NCBI GenBank assembly: GCA_012842045.1
Contig: DUTP01000001.1
Location: 28,534 to 92,533 of the forward strand
Length of the DNA stretch: 64,000 bases
Direction: 5' to 3'
Source of the DNA: Candidatus Dojkabacteria bacterium
GTDB taxonomy: Bacteria; Patescibacteriota; Dojkabacteria; SC72
Shown here in pieces: positions 31,401 through 39,808 of the stretch (its first letter is position 1; every line of letters begins with the position of its first letter). The position numbers and the translations under genes are program-made. The notes under the pieces are model-generated. The model did no database searches and was not told where the DNA came from. It saw only the letters and a program-made list of their open reading frames with translations.

Positions 31401-32008
31401 GATACAAAGAGAAGAGAAGCTATGAAAAGGAGGAGAGATTTACCATGAGAAGGATCTTTCATATACCAATAGCTTGTTAGAAGTACCAATGGAAGAAAAC
31501 CATACTGCGCTATATATGGCATCATGTTGAAATTAAATACCCATGCTGTCCATAGAGAAGAGAGATATATTAAACCAGCAAAGAAAAATATGTATCCTGA
31601 ACTTTTTGTATTCACTTTATCTCTCACAAGTTGGGATACTAGAGTTGCCATTGATAATGTACCTACACAAAGACAGAAGAGGGAGAAGAGTTGTGCCAAC
31701 AATTCATTTGGTAAAAACAAATCCGATATCCCAAAGAATATAGATCTAAATATATCCGCTTGTTCACTATCTGATGCAAAACCCAATACTCTGTAACTTC
31801 TCCATGCAGGAGATTCTAAATATCTCTGTACAGACATCCACGGGTTTAACTCAGGTGAATAGTTGTCATTAGATATTAGATGTTGTCCCCATCTAATAGA
31901 GAGGAAAGATATTAGTATCAAGAGAATAACTAATAATATCTGCCCATATCTTTGTCTGAATATGTACCAAAGTTTTTTAAGAAAACCTTTCATACTTAAA
32001 TATACCAA
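28400..32008 (-). CDS. 1202-aa polytopic membrane protein, probable GT-C-type glycosyltransferase (YfhO/AftD/ArnT-like) with a large extracytoplasmic domain and a C-terminal TM anchor
   Basis: About 450-aa N-terminal region with at least 12 predicted TM helices, then a ~700-aa hydrophilic domain, then a terminal TM (LLIIIMFVYLIVKIV). Flanked by GT2 genes. Confidence 0.45.
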   Translation of the reverse strand: MVYLSMKGFLKKLWYIFRQRYGQILLVILLILISFLSIRWGQHLISNDNYSPELNPWMSVQRYLESPAWRSYRVLGFASDSEQADIFRSIFFGISDLFLPNELLAQLFSLFCLCVGTLSMATLVSQLVRDKVNTKSSGYIFFFAGLIYLSSLWTAWVFNFNMMPYIAQYGFLPLVLLTSYWYMKDPSHGKSLLLFIASLLFVSTAVIGTLFFVNIVLITAFLIYFGWNHRVRFKGILKGLGIFLIVQLFWLLPFGQYAMSTSGNIIDSYTNRSITANTIDLEKEMMTLPNSARLYTRLLGTVDNPENNTYIFPPSSDYMEYDFYKVVGLLPFFLSMVGLVFIIAQKKYSLLPLYLLLFGLLFLLKNQNPPLGEIYIWLQENLGIFKQVFRWISSKVGQQYLIVLTFTSTIGFALLLNFLASFFKKVSRYIFILFSLAIVVLPLFFYSEYLFRGYLFTQRATVNLPEQYFELKEALKTDPYSRIYYAPPSNNGYFREYDWGFVGSQFISYIIPNPVMDMSLAIGSDVGEVAMWEIRNVFDAGDRELFLEKMQKYDVGYILVDRSVVKGRYGHALNWESMENIAKGLELVWEKDFLALYKINKKDVRYVEYLGTSDSLPVGSFTRDVQQEPRIVPMNLPISSPSLTNGYLSQSVEYSGIPVNLYSNIAYSDINNAPIHVKKYGDRIRVSPALPILNGITNDTYKEFLVDDEGENFYIIDGYVLDDNSVAEGVSLTSRFGEITSVFFVKASSMREEPLTDVLAHSQPGDCSGGEYAILPDVKKETIASGFKLEGFTELPCLYVNIRLDKRLTYVGTIDVNWEPSSNTTFGFCLYSAKEGICVNREKFFSTDSGYGNISILLPRPLRGSDDLSLTIYASNPLSEKASVNIRNIDINLSGAIQESPVFAEYIDTQQKVLELGGERRSILVELPVLYGNDSYIYSNKDTNNAIWETSKAEDGSLSHNTKYEDGMKQVVQNQRVNQYAHILQTTPAHQYLWYWKGENLKNIPASLCLTYQGSDRCWVDDILYTDEEKSVLKTFLSPAQDLGVMDASYNSISFADLSENILKQFVVMPKPEVWDDAVYKAAVEREYHEVELVPRNEHGSLYTLGEDQELSRNTLISIPQAKSKYWFAVAKKDDQLKIFGKEDRVDIKGWKQGWDTEGKEYDSVIVIYWPNLLSYFGYLLIIIMFVYLIVKIVKQRKYGFK

Positions 32009-32105
32009 ATTTATTTGACATAATCATCAAGAAGTACTAATCTGTATTAAAGAATCTGTCTACTTTAAGAGAAAGATTATGTATATAAAATATTAAACTG
32101 TCTAT

Positions 32106-34511
32106 ATGGGTATAGAAGACTTTGGAAGTTCTGATGTTTCCGTTGATATTCCAGACGTTCCAGTTGAAGTTCCTGTAACTCCTGTTAACAATACAGTTGA
32201 TGTGCCTACAGCTTCTACTGACACTCCAGTTGAAGTCCCAGGTGATACATCTACAACCCAGGGTGATATCTCAGAAAATCCTATCGAAAACAATATTAAT
32301 GTTCAGCCACAAACTGGTTTACAGAATGACAATGATGTTAGTAATATTAACAAGAGTCAAGATCCTGAATATATGCGGTACAGAACAGCATTGAATAGCG
32401 TAAGAAATGAAGACAGGACATTAATAGCAGAAGATAAAAGAAGAAGAGAAAGAGGAGACAGTGTTGCTACAATAATGGAGGATGAAGAAGCGAAGAGATA
32501 TGAGACAACTCTGGAACAAATGGATGGCAGACCAAACTTAACTACACTAGATCAATCACTAGCTAAGGATGATGCTGAAAGACAAAGCAAAGGAGATAGT
32601 GTTGCTACAATAATGGAAGATGAAGAAGCTAAGAGGTATGAAGCAACTCTTGAGCAAACTGTAAATAGACCACATATGAGTACTTTAGAGAGAAGTAAAA
32701 TGAGTAGTGAAACTCCAGTGATAGAAGACGATCAAACAAGAAGGTTACAAGAAACAATGGAAGAAACAGGACAAGAAATTCCAGAGCTTGGTACTGAAAA
32801 CATTGATAATCCAGAAGCTCTTCTGAATGAATCAAGACCTATTGCAGGCATAGACCCTGCCGAATTAAGTCGTAATCCATTCCATAAAAAAGAAGACTCT
32901 GAAACACCTATGCAAGGAGAACAATCAGCTGAAGGAAAACAACCAGCCGAAGAAGGACAACCAGCTGAGGGAGGACAACCAGCCGAAGAAGGACAACCAG
33001 CTGAGGGAGGACAACCAGCCGAAGAAGGACAACCAGCCGAAGGAGAACAACCAGCCGAAGGAGAACAACCAGCCGAAGGAGAACAACCAGCCGAAGGAGA
33101 ACAACCAGCTGAAGAAGAACAACCAGCTGAAGAAGAAGGAAAACCAAAAGAGGGTGAAGAAGAAACACCCGAAACTGAAATGAAACAAGATGCTACACTT
33201 GCAGAGATTGAAAAAAAGATGAAAGAATTTGAAAACATAATTAATCAATATAAACAACAATTGAAACAAGGAACACCTAAGACTCCTAGTACTCCTACAA
33301 AAGCACCAGACGCATCTGGAGGAAGAACACCAACAACCGGACAAGCAACTAGTGCCACTGGACAAAACACTGGACCAACACCAAGTATGACCGGACAAGC
33401 ATCTAGTACAACTGGTAGAACACCTGTTAAAACAGTCAGTAGCGAAGCTTCAGCAACAGCAACTCAATGGACTGAAGTACCGAAAGATATTAGGACAAGA
33501 ACCCCAGAGAATGAATTAAATGTAATAAATAGTAGAATAAAGGCTCTTGAAGACAAAGAAAAGAAAGAGCCATTAACATACGAAGAATATCTTGAATATA
33601 GAGAACTAAGACTACAAAGAGAAGGATTATCAAAAACCGCAGCTATTGAAGCAAAAGAGAAAGAAGAAAAGCATAAAAGAAAACTAAAGACCTGGTATAT
33701 AGTAGCTGGTTGTCTTGGCGGAGGTGCAGGACTATTTGGTGGCCAAGTTGCTGCAGCAGCAATAATAGGAGGAGGCGTAGTAGGAGCGGGTGCCTCTATC
33801 GTTGAATGGGTTGGCAAGAGAAAAGTAAAAAGCTTAACAGAACAATTGTCTAAAGCAAAAGGCGCTGAGAAAGCTGAATTAGAAAAGAAATTGAGTAAGT
33901 GGGAAAATGTTGTACAAGGTGCTAATGACACAAAGAAAGTAGTAGGCGTCTTCTTAGGTGCTGCAATTGGAGGTAAATTCTTAGGAAATCTCATCTTTGG
34001 ATCTGGTGGGTTAGGTGGAGCAATAGCGGGAAGCGGACTATTTGCAAAAGGATCAAGTGAAATTGAAAATTTAAGCCATAATACTGAAGGAACCGATGGC
34101 CCTGATATGCAACCTAATAACCCCACAACCACTGGGGTTGGCGGAGGCAAAGAAACAATAACAGCAGATGTAGATATTGGATTAGGTGGGGGAGATGCTC
34201 CCACTATTGAAGCAGGGTTTAATAGCGGAATGTTCGAAACTGGTATTGACCCTCAAACAGCTAAGAACCTTTTTGGTTGGGAAGGAACTAATTTCATACT
34301 AGGCGAAGCTGGTGGAGAACACGGTAGAATCCAAAAGACCTTCTTCGAAAGTATGAAAGCAGCATTAGGTGGAGGGCCAGAAGCGGAAGCAGCAATGAAA
34401 GGAGTCGATGCAGCAAGACAATATGACGGATTGCTTAAAGATGCTCTAAATGGAGCTGACCCAGTAGTAGCAGGACAAAATGCTGCAGCACGTCTTCAAC
34501 CACAACCATAA
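32106..34511 (+). CDS. 801-aa acidic low-complexity repeat protein with C-terminal glycine-zipper transmembrane hairpins
   Basis: ATG at 32106. Internal 15-bp (QPAEG)n tandem array, a duplicated RGDSVATIMEDEEAKRYE(T/A)TLEQ module, a T/P/S-rich linker, two Gly-zipper hydrophobic segments (GGGAGLFGGQVAAAAIIGGGVVGAGA and GAAIGGKFLGNLIFGSGGLGGAIAGSG). Confidence 0.6.
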   Translation: MGIEDFGSSDVSVDIPDVPVEVPVTPVNNTVDVPTASTDTPVEVPGDTSTTQGDISENPIENNINVQPQTGLQNDNDVSNINKSQDPEYMRYRTALNSVRNEDRTLIAEDKRRRERGDSVATIMEDEEAKRYETTLEQMDGRPNLTTLDQSLAKDDAERQSKGDSVATIMEDEEAKRYEATLEQTVNRPHMSTLERSKMSSETPVIEDDQTRRLQETMEETGQEIPELGTENIDNPEALLNESRPIAGIDPAELSRNPFHKKEDSETPMQGEQSAEGKQPAEEGQPAEGGQPAEEGQPAEGGQPAEEGQPAEGEQPAEGEQPAEGEQPAEGEQPAEEEQPAEEEGKPKEGEEETPETEMKQDATLAEIEKKMKEFENIINQYKQQLKQGTPKTPSTPTKAPDASGGRTPTTGQATSATGQNTGPTPSMTGQASSTTGRTPVKTVSSEASATATQWTEVPKDIRTRTPENELNVINSRIKALEDKEKKEPLTYEEYLEYRELRLQREGLSKTAAIEAKEKEEKHKRKLKTWYIVAGCLGGGAGLFGGQVAAAAIIGGGVVGAGASIVEWVGKRKVKSLTEQLSKAKGAEKAELEKKLSKWENVVQGANDTKKVVGVFLGAAIGGKFLGNLIFGSGGLGGAIAGSGLFAKGSSEIENLSHNTEGTDGPDMQPNNPTTTGVGGGKETITADVDIGLGGGDAPTIEAGFNSGMFETGIDPQTAKNLFGWEGTNFILGEAGGEHGRIQKTFFESMKAALGGGPEAEAAMKGVDAARQYDGLLKDALNGADPVVAGQNAAARLQPQP
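32931..33140 (+). repeat. In-frame 15-bp tandem repeat (~14 copies) encoding (Q-P-A-E-G/E)n
   Basis: caaccagc(c/t)ga(a/g)g(g/a)ag(g/a)a repeated head to tail; a coding repeat inside the 801-aa ORF. Confidence 0.85.
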
Positions 34512-34538
34512 AAATAATTAATATAAATTAATACTGCC

Positions 34539-35018
34539 ATGGATATCAGACAACAAATAGAAGGAGTTAAACAAGACCTTCTCTCAGAAGGCCTAATGAA
34601 AGAAAAACTCAATGAATTAGAAGGTCTTGCTGCTGAAGAAGCTATAGAACAAGCCCTACAGGATTTGCAAGAGAAAGACATTGCTACAATAGAAGCACTA
34701 GAACAAAGCTTAGTCATGCAACCAAAATCACTAGAAGAAGCAGAAAAAAACATCCAACTGATTTTTGATACTGCATATGGTGAACAATCAGAAACAATGA
34801 GACAACAAATGTTATATACATACCTTAGTAATGTACTTGCAAATATACGAAACAGTAAAGACCTTCTCGCAAGATACCAAGCTGGAGATCCAACCGCTAT
34901 AGCTGTAATTGAAAGTAACAAGAATAACCCTGAGGTTGAAGAACTTCTTCAATATATGGAAGATGCCGACAGAACATCAGAAGACACTCCTCCAACTGAA
35001 GAGAAAGACAAGGAATAA
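34539..35018 (+). CDS. Hypothetical acidic helical protein (159 aa)
   Basis: ORF 27 nt downstream of the repeat protein. E/Q/L-rich, no TM. Confidence 0.45.
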   Translation: MDIRQQIEGVKQDLLSEGLMKEKLNELEGLAAEEAIEQALQDLQEKDIATIEALEQSLVMQPKSLEEAEKNIQLIFDTAYGEQSETMRQQMLYTYLSNVLANIRNSKDLLARYQAGDPTAIAVIESNKNNPEVEELLQYMEDADRTSEDTPPTEEKDKE

Positions 35019-35024
35019 TGTTGA

Positions 35025-36326
35025 TTACTTTAATGGATGGTATTGTCTTACTGTATCCTCAGCGAATTTTTCACTAGCATGAACATATTTTGTTGTCGTA
35101 TTTAAGCTAGAGTGACCTAAAAGTATCTGTAAAGCCGCTGGGCTAGCACCTTTCTCAGCCATATATGTAGCAAAACCATGCCTCAAACTGTGAGCAGAAG
35201 TCTTCATTTGAATACCCAACTTCCTCCTATATTCCGCTATCTTTTCCTGAAAATAGTTTGTAGAAATCCTAGAACCTTTCTTTCCATACCTTCCACCAGA
35301 GAAAGGAATGAAGAGAGCAGGGGAGTCAAACTTTTTCAAATAACCAGTTTCTCTATACTTCTCAACTATTTTTATATACTTCAACTCATCATCAAACATC
35401 TCAAGATTTAACATAGATGACTCCTCTTCATCTCCACTACCAGATGTTTCACGCTCAGGGGTGAAACTTTTTATCTCTTTCTGTTGCTCCTCATCAGTAA
35501 AAGCATAATTAAGCCTTACTTTTAGGTAGTTATTCAACCATCTAAGACTTCTCGGTGTCATATATACAGACCTTTCTTTTCTTCCTTTACCTAAAATATA
35601 CATATGACCCTCAGTATTAATCTGATCCAAATCAAGACCAATTAATTCAGAAATCCTCATACCAGTAGCAAAAAGCATCTCTAACATACACCTATTTCTC
35701 AATGCAACTTTCTCATCTTTCTCAAACTCCATGGGAGATTCAATCAATCTAATCATCTCTTCCATCGGAGGAATCTTCTTCATACGCTTCTCAGCCTTCA
35801 TCATTCCAATTGCATCAGGTGGTAACGGTATCTCCAAGTCCCATTCAATTCTAAATTTCAAAAATGACCTCAAAGCAGACAACATTCTATTTATACTATT
35901 CGGATCCAAACCATCAGAACTCTTAGATGAGCGAACTGAGCTTCCAAGACTCCCGTAGACCTTCTTGTAGATATCAGAGAGAAATCCACTCTCAAAACCA
36001 GGTGTGTTCATACCACCCAAATCTTTCGAAGACCTCAGAGAGCCTCCTAGAGCCTCGCCCTTGCTTAATGTTGTTATATCAACATCTTTTACATATTCAT
36101 CCCTTATTTTATCCAAATCTTTAATATGTTCACCAGCAACTAGATACCCTTTGTATGCACTAATGTCCTTTTTAGTAACTTTCATAAAATCTACATCTCT
36201 AAAGTGTAGAAACACAGCAAAGATAGAAAGGTCTCGAGCATAGTTAACAATGGTCTGGGGACTGTAATTGTTGTTCTGTAAATCAATCAAGAAGTCATCC
36301 TGATCATTTAGTTTTGGTATCTCCAT
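35025..36326 (-). CDS. Tyrosine recombinase (phage-integrase family; XerC/XerD-like with a low-complexity insertion)
   Basis: C-terminal catalytic motifs HSLRHGFATYM ... LLGHSSLNTTTKYVH (R-H-R-Y family). N-terminal SAM-like core-binding domain. 433 aa because of an S-rich insert. Confidence 0.8.
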   Translation of the reverse strand: MEIPKLNDQDDFLIDLQNNNYSPQTIVNYARDLSIFAVFLHFRDVDFMKVTKKDISAYKGYLVAGEHIKDLDKIRDEYVKDVDITTLSKGEALGGSLRSSKDLGGMNTPGFESGFLSDIYKKVYGSLGSSVRSSKSSDGLDPNSINRMLSALRSFLKFRIEWDLEIPLPPDAIGMMKAEKRMKKIPPMEEMIRLIESPMEFEKDEKVALRNRCMLEMLFATGMRISELIGLDLDQINTEGHMYILGKGRKERSVYMTPRSLRWLNNYLKVRLNYAFTDEEQQKEIKSFTPERETSGSGDEEESSMLNLEMFDDELKYIKIVEKYRETGYLKKFDSPALFIPFSGGRYGKKGSRISTNYFQEKIAEYRRKLGIQMKTSAHSLRHGFATYMAEKGASPAALQILLGHSSLNTTTKYVHASEKFAEDTVRQYHPLK

Positions 36327-36362
36327 ACTTTATCTTACTACAAAAATTAAAATAGAGAAATT

Positions 36363-36756
36363 GGAGTAGGGGGCTGTTTTTTTGAATTCCTGGAAAAAGA
36401 AAAAAGAATGAGAAAAATAGAAGAAGGAACAAGAAAGAACAGATAAGGATGAGGAATATGATATGTTGAATGTTTAAATAATTAAGCATTGTAAGTACTT
36501 TCTTGATTTTAAATATACAGAACCGCACATAATGGCGATTATACTCGGTTACATATTCTAGAATTGTAACATCTTTTCTAAGAGAGTGGTACCCTGATGA
36601 TGGACATTGATTGAATCTTAAATCTTCCCAAATCTTTTATTTAATCTCTACCTATTATAATACCCAAGTTAATAATATTATTAGCAGAAACTTGTCCACA
36701 CTGATTACTATAGGATATTGAACACTATAGGTTTCACTGGTGGCACCCCCTACTCC
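36363..36756. repeat. 11-bp GC-rich perfect inverted repeat pair (GGAGTAGGGGG / CCCCCTACTCC) bracketing a ~370-bp AT-rich noncoding segment
   Basis: Copies at 36363-36373 and 36746-36756. A T7 run follows the first copy. No ORF in between; an internal direct repeat actatagg x2. Confidence 0.6.
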
Positions 36757-36773
36757 CCTATGCTACAGCACAC

Positions 36774-37586
36774 CTATATATTCAAAATGAATATTAACAC
36801 TGAAGAAAGTATTAGAAAGAAAATATATAACCAAAAACTTTTAACATAACCCTCCGATATCTTCTCATGGGTTACAACATTAACACAGAGAAAGTACCCT
36901 ACTACTGGTGCAAAAGACAAAATCTCATGCATATTGCCAACAAATATTACTGCAACAAGCAAAACAGCCATTATTAATGTTGTTACAAAGCTCTTTCTTA
37001 ATAATTCTTTACCTTCAAGATCAATGTTAATATAGTGAAGAGAAACTATTAGGAAAAATGCTAATAATACCGCAGGAAGAGATATATAGACTGGAAGACC
37101 ACTTGCAATAAGGCTAAAGGTAAGAAAATAAATCATAAATATTGATGAAAGATATGAAATTGTCCTACCAACTTGTGCAAGAGGTATAGGTTTAAACTGA
37201 TTTACATTCAAAACATTAACCATCAAGAAAACAAAGTAATTAGCAAAAAAGACTGCTATCATAAGGAATAGTAATATAAATGCTTCATATATCCTACTGA
37301 ATTTTTGAAAGAAGAAGAACTCTACAAACAGGTATTCAGAGAGGATAAAAAGAGAGGCTTGGAATATATACAGAAAAGATTTCTTCTTTACCTGAAAGTT
37401 AAGTGCCCAAAGAAGACCTACGAAAGTAACTCCAAAATATGCAAGAGAATTAACAAATATTCTCCAAACAGGATATGTTTCTCTAGATACAATTTTGAAG
37501 ATAAAGATAGGTAGAGCAACTAATGCCGCTAATAGCAACAGTTTTCCTCTCTTTTCACTATCTACATTACCCTCTTCCCTTCTCAT
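36774..37586 (-). CDS. Hypothetical polytopic integral membrane protein (270 aa)
   Basis: 8-9 predicted TM helices; no assignable motif. Confidence 0.5.
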   Translation of the reverse strand: MRREEGNVDSEKRGKLLLLAALVALPIFIFKIVSRETYPVWRIFVNSLAYFGVTFVGLLWALNFQVKKKSFLYIFQASLFILSEYLFVEFFFFQKFSRIYEAFILLFLMIAVFFANYFVFLMVNVLNVNQFKPIPLAQVGRTISYLSSIFMIYFLTFSLIASGLPVYISLPAVLLAFFLIVSLHYINIDLEGKELLRKSFVTTLIMAVLLVAVIFVGNMHEILSFAPVVGYFLCVNVVTHEKISEGYVKSFWLYIFFLILSSVLIFILNI

Positions 37587-38604
37587 TTTCTAATGATTCT
37601 AAATATTTTAATCCTTTCTGTGTAAGGACTCTACCCCTACTCGTTCGTTTGATAAAACCACATTTCATAAGGTATGGTTCATATACATCTGCAACTGTAT
37701 TCTCATCTTCCGAAATTGATGCTGCAAGAGTAGAAAGACCAACAGGTCCTCCTGCAAAATGCTCTAGCATTGTCTTTAATATTATCCTATCTATCCTCTC
37801 AAGCCCCTGTTTATCAGTACCTAATAGCTTTAATGTATTCTTTACTACATCTTTTGTAATCTTGTCATCACCATGACTTTGTGCATAGTCTCTACACCTT
37901 CTCAAAAGCCTCAACCCTACTCTAGCAGTACCTCTTGAAGCTTCAGAAAGAGCTTTTACAGCATCCTTCTCTATCTCTAAGTCCCACAGTCTACATGCTC
38001 TTTCAAGTATCTCTACAAGGTCACTTTCTGAGAAGAAATCTAATCTCTGTATTAACCCAAACCTATCTCTCATAGGGGAACTAATCTTCCCTATCTGTGT
38101 AGTAGCACCAATTAGTGTAAATGGCTCTAAATTAAGCCTAATCGTCTTAGCTGTTGGACCTTTACCCATGACAATATCCAACATTCTGTCTTCCATAGCA
38201 GGATACAAAATCTCCTCTACCACCTTCGATAATCTATGTATTTCATCAATGAAAAGTACATCATTAGCTTTCAAACCAGTTAATATTGCAGCTAAATCAC
38301 CCTGTCGTTCAATGGCTGGACCTGACGTAACCTTGATGTTAGCCCCTATTTCATTTGCAATAGCAACAGCAAATGTAGTCTTACCAAGCCCTGGAGGACC
38401 ATAGAAGAGAATATGATCGATAACTTCCTTTCTCCTTCTAGCAGATTTGATCATAATTTTTAAGGTTTCTTTCTCTGTAACTCTACCGATAATTTCATCC
38501 AATTTACTTGGTCTAATTCCTTCCTCATATTGTCCACTATTCTTGTTATCAGAGGATTTCTGTACCTGAGTACTTTTCTTTTTCTCTTTACTTGATTCTA
38601 TCAT
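37567..38604 (-). CDS. ruvB: Holliday junction branch-migration helicase RuvB
   Basis: Walker A GPPGLGKTT, Walker B LFIDEIHRL, sensor and RuvB C-terminal winged helix. Confidence 0.9.
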   Translation of the reverse strand: MIESSKEKKKSTQVQKSSDNKNSGQYEEGIRPSKLDEIIGRVTEKETLKIMIKSARRRKEVIDHILFYGPPGLGKTTFAVAIANEIGANIKVTSGPAIERQGDLAAILTGLKANDVLFIDEIHRLSKVVEEILYPAMEDRMLDIVMGKGPTAKTIRLNLEPFTLIGATTQIGKISSPMRDRFGLIQRLDFFSESDLVEILERACRLWDLEIEKDAVKALSEASRGTARVGLRLLRRCRDYAQSHGDDKITKDVVKNTLKLLGTDKQGLERIDRIILKTMLEHFAGGPVGLSTLAASISEDENTVADVYEPYLMKCGFIKRTSRGRVLTQKGLKYLESLENEKGRG

Positions 38605-39188
38605 TACTCTTTGATTACTTTCTTAATTAATTCACCAATATCAATATCTTTTTCCTTAAGTAGTATCTTTTCTGCTAGTTCTGCTTTTTCTTTAATTGCT
38701 TTTGAATCAAAACCTAATGCTTTTAGAGCATCTTTAAGATCTTTTAGTATTAAACTATCTTCTGTAGATTCTTTTGTTAAATCAATGATACCTCTTAATT
38801 CAATAATAACCTTTTGAGCTCTCTTCATACCTAAACCTGGTGTTTTACTAAGACTTTTTGCATCACCCTCCTCTATTATCATCTCTAATTCTTTTCTAGA
38901 ATATGTTGAGAGTATTGCCATACCTATCTTAGGTCCTACACCTGATACTTGGATTAACTGTTCAAAGAATTCTCTCTCTTCTTCTGTTTGAAAACCGTAT
39001 AGTGCTTGGGTGTCTTCTCTTACATGAAAATGAGTAAAAAGTGAGTACTCTTCTCCTAGCCTAGGTGTTAGATATGTTGATGGAATACATATTTTGTAAC
39101 CTACTCCACCACTTGTGAGAATATCAATATATGATTCTTTAGCAGTAGTAGTTTTATTTTGAACTTCTCCCTTTATGAAAGATATCAT
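38604..39188 (-). CDS. ruvA: Holliday junction DNA-binding protein RuvA
   Basis: MISFIKGE N-terminus, GVGYKI OB domain, helix-hairpin-helix VSGVGPKIGMAIL. ATG at 39188; the track ORF uses an upstream TTG. Confidence 0.8.
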   Translation of the reverse strand: MISFIKGEVQNKTTTAKESYIDILTSGGVGYKICIPSTYLTPRLGEEYSLFTHFHVREDTQALYGFQTEEEREFFEQLIQVSGVGPKIGMAILSTYSRKELEMIIEEGDAKSLSKTPGLGMKRAQKVIIELRGIIDLTKESTEDSLILKDLKDALKALGFDSKAIKEKAELAEKILLKEKDIDIGELIKKVIKE

Positions 39189-39207
39189 ATCTATATTATA
39201 TACTATT

Positions 39208-39696
39208 TTACTCAATATTCCTCCTAACAAGCACTTCTGTTGTTATAGCAATAGCAATGGCATCTGCAGCATCATCTGGTTTAGGTAACTCATCCATACT
39301 ACATAGCATCTTTACAGCTTCTTGTACCTGCTTTTTATTAGCTTTACCATATCCTGTTACAGTACTCTTTACTTGTAATGGTGTCATTTCAGAAAGAGGT
39401 AAGTTAGATTGTTCCAAAGCTAACAAAACTACACCCCTAGCCTCACCTACTGATATTGCTGTTTTTTGATTATTGTAAAAAAGAAGTGTTTCCATACCAG
39501 CATACTCTGGTTTATACTTCTTTACTAACTCTAATACATCTTGATATATCTCACATAGTCTTTCTGATACAGTAAGACCTTTTTTAGTAGTAATACAACC
39601 ATAGTCTATTACATGAGGTTTTGAATCATCATCAAACTCTACAACAGACCAACCTGTTGTAGCTAATCCTGGATCTATACCTATTATTCTAAGCAT
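39208..39696 (-). CDS. ruvC: Crossover junction endodeoxyribonuclease RuvC
   Basis: IIGIDPGLATTGW N-terminus with the catalytic Asp; RNase H-like fold motifs. Confidence 0.85.
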   Translation of the reverse strand: MLRIIGIDPGLATTGWSVVEFDDDSKPHVIDYGCITTKKGLTVSERLCEIYQDVLELVKKYKPEYAGMETLLFYNNQKTAISVGEARGVVLLALEQSNLPLSEMTPLQVKSTVTGYGKANKKQVQEAVKMLCSMDELPKPDDAADAIAIAITTEVLVRRNIE

Positions 39697-39808
39697 ATAT
39701 ATCCATTATACTATACTCTTGAAAAGAAAAATTTTACTTACCAAACAAACAATAAGTGTTCTGAGAACAACTAGAATTTATTGAATTGGAATATAAACAA
39801 AAAAGGTT

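Noticed and set aside
32931-33140. CRISPR-like tandem array
   Set aside because: The repeat unit is 15 bp, head to tail with no spacers, and in-frame inside a long ORF (encoding QPAEG repeats). It is a coding microsatellite, not CRISPR
36304-36528. 74-aa minus-strand ORF overlapping the recombinase start
   Set aside because: Translates as poly-Phe/Leu from an AT/T-run-rich intergenic sequence. It is spurious
36363-36756. RNase P RNA or tmRNA between the inverted repeats
   Set aside because: Length (~390 nt) and a terminal closing stem suggested it. I could not find the P4/CR-I motif (GGAAAGUCCGG), a correctly placed CR-V ACAGAACCCGG (only an ACAGAACCGC at mid-element), or a tRNA-like GTTCRA T-arm. 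Left as an unclassified element
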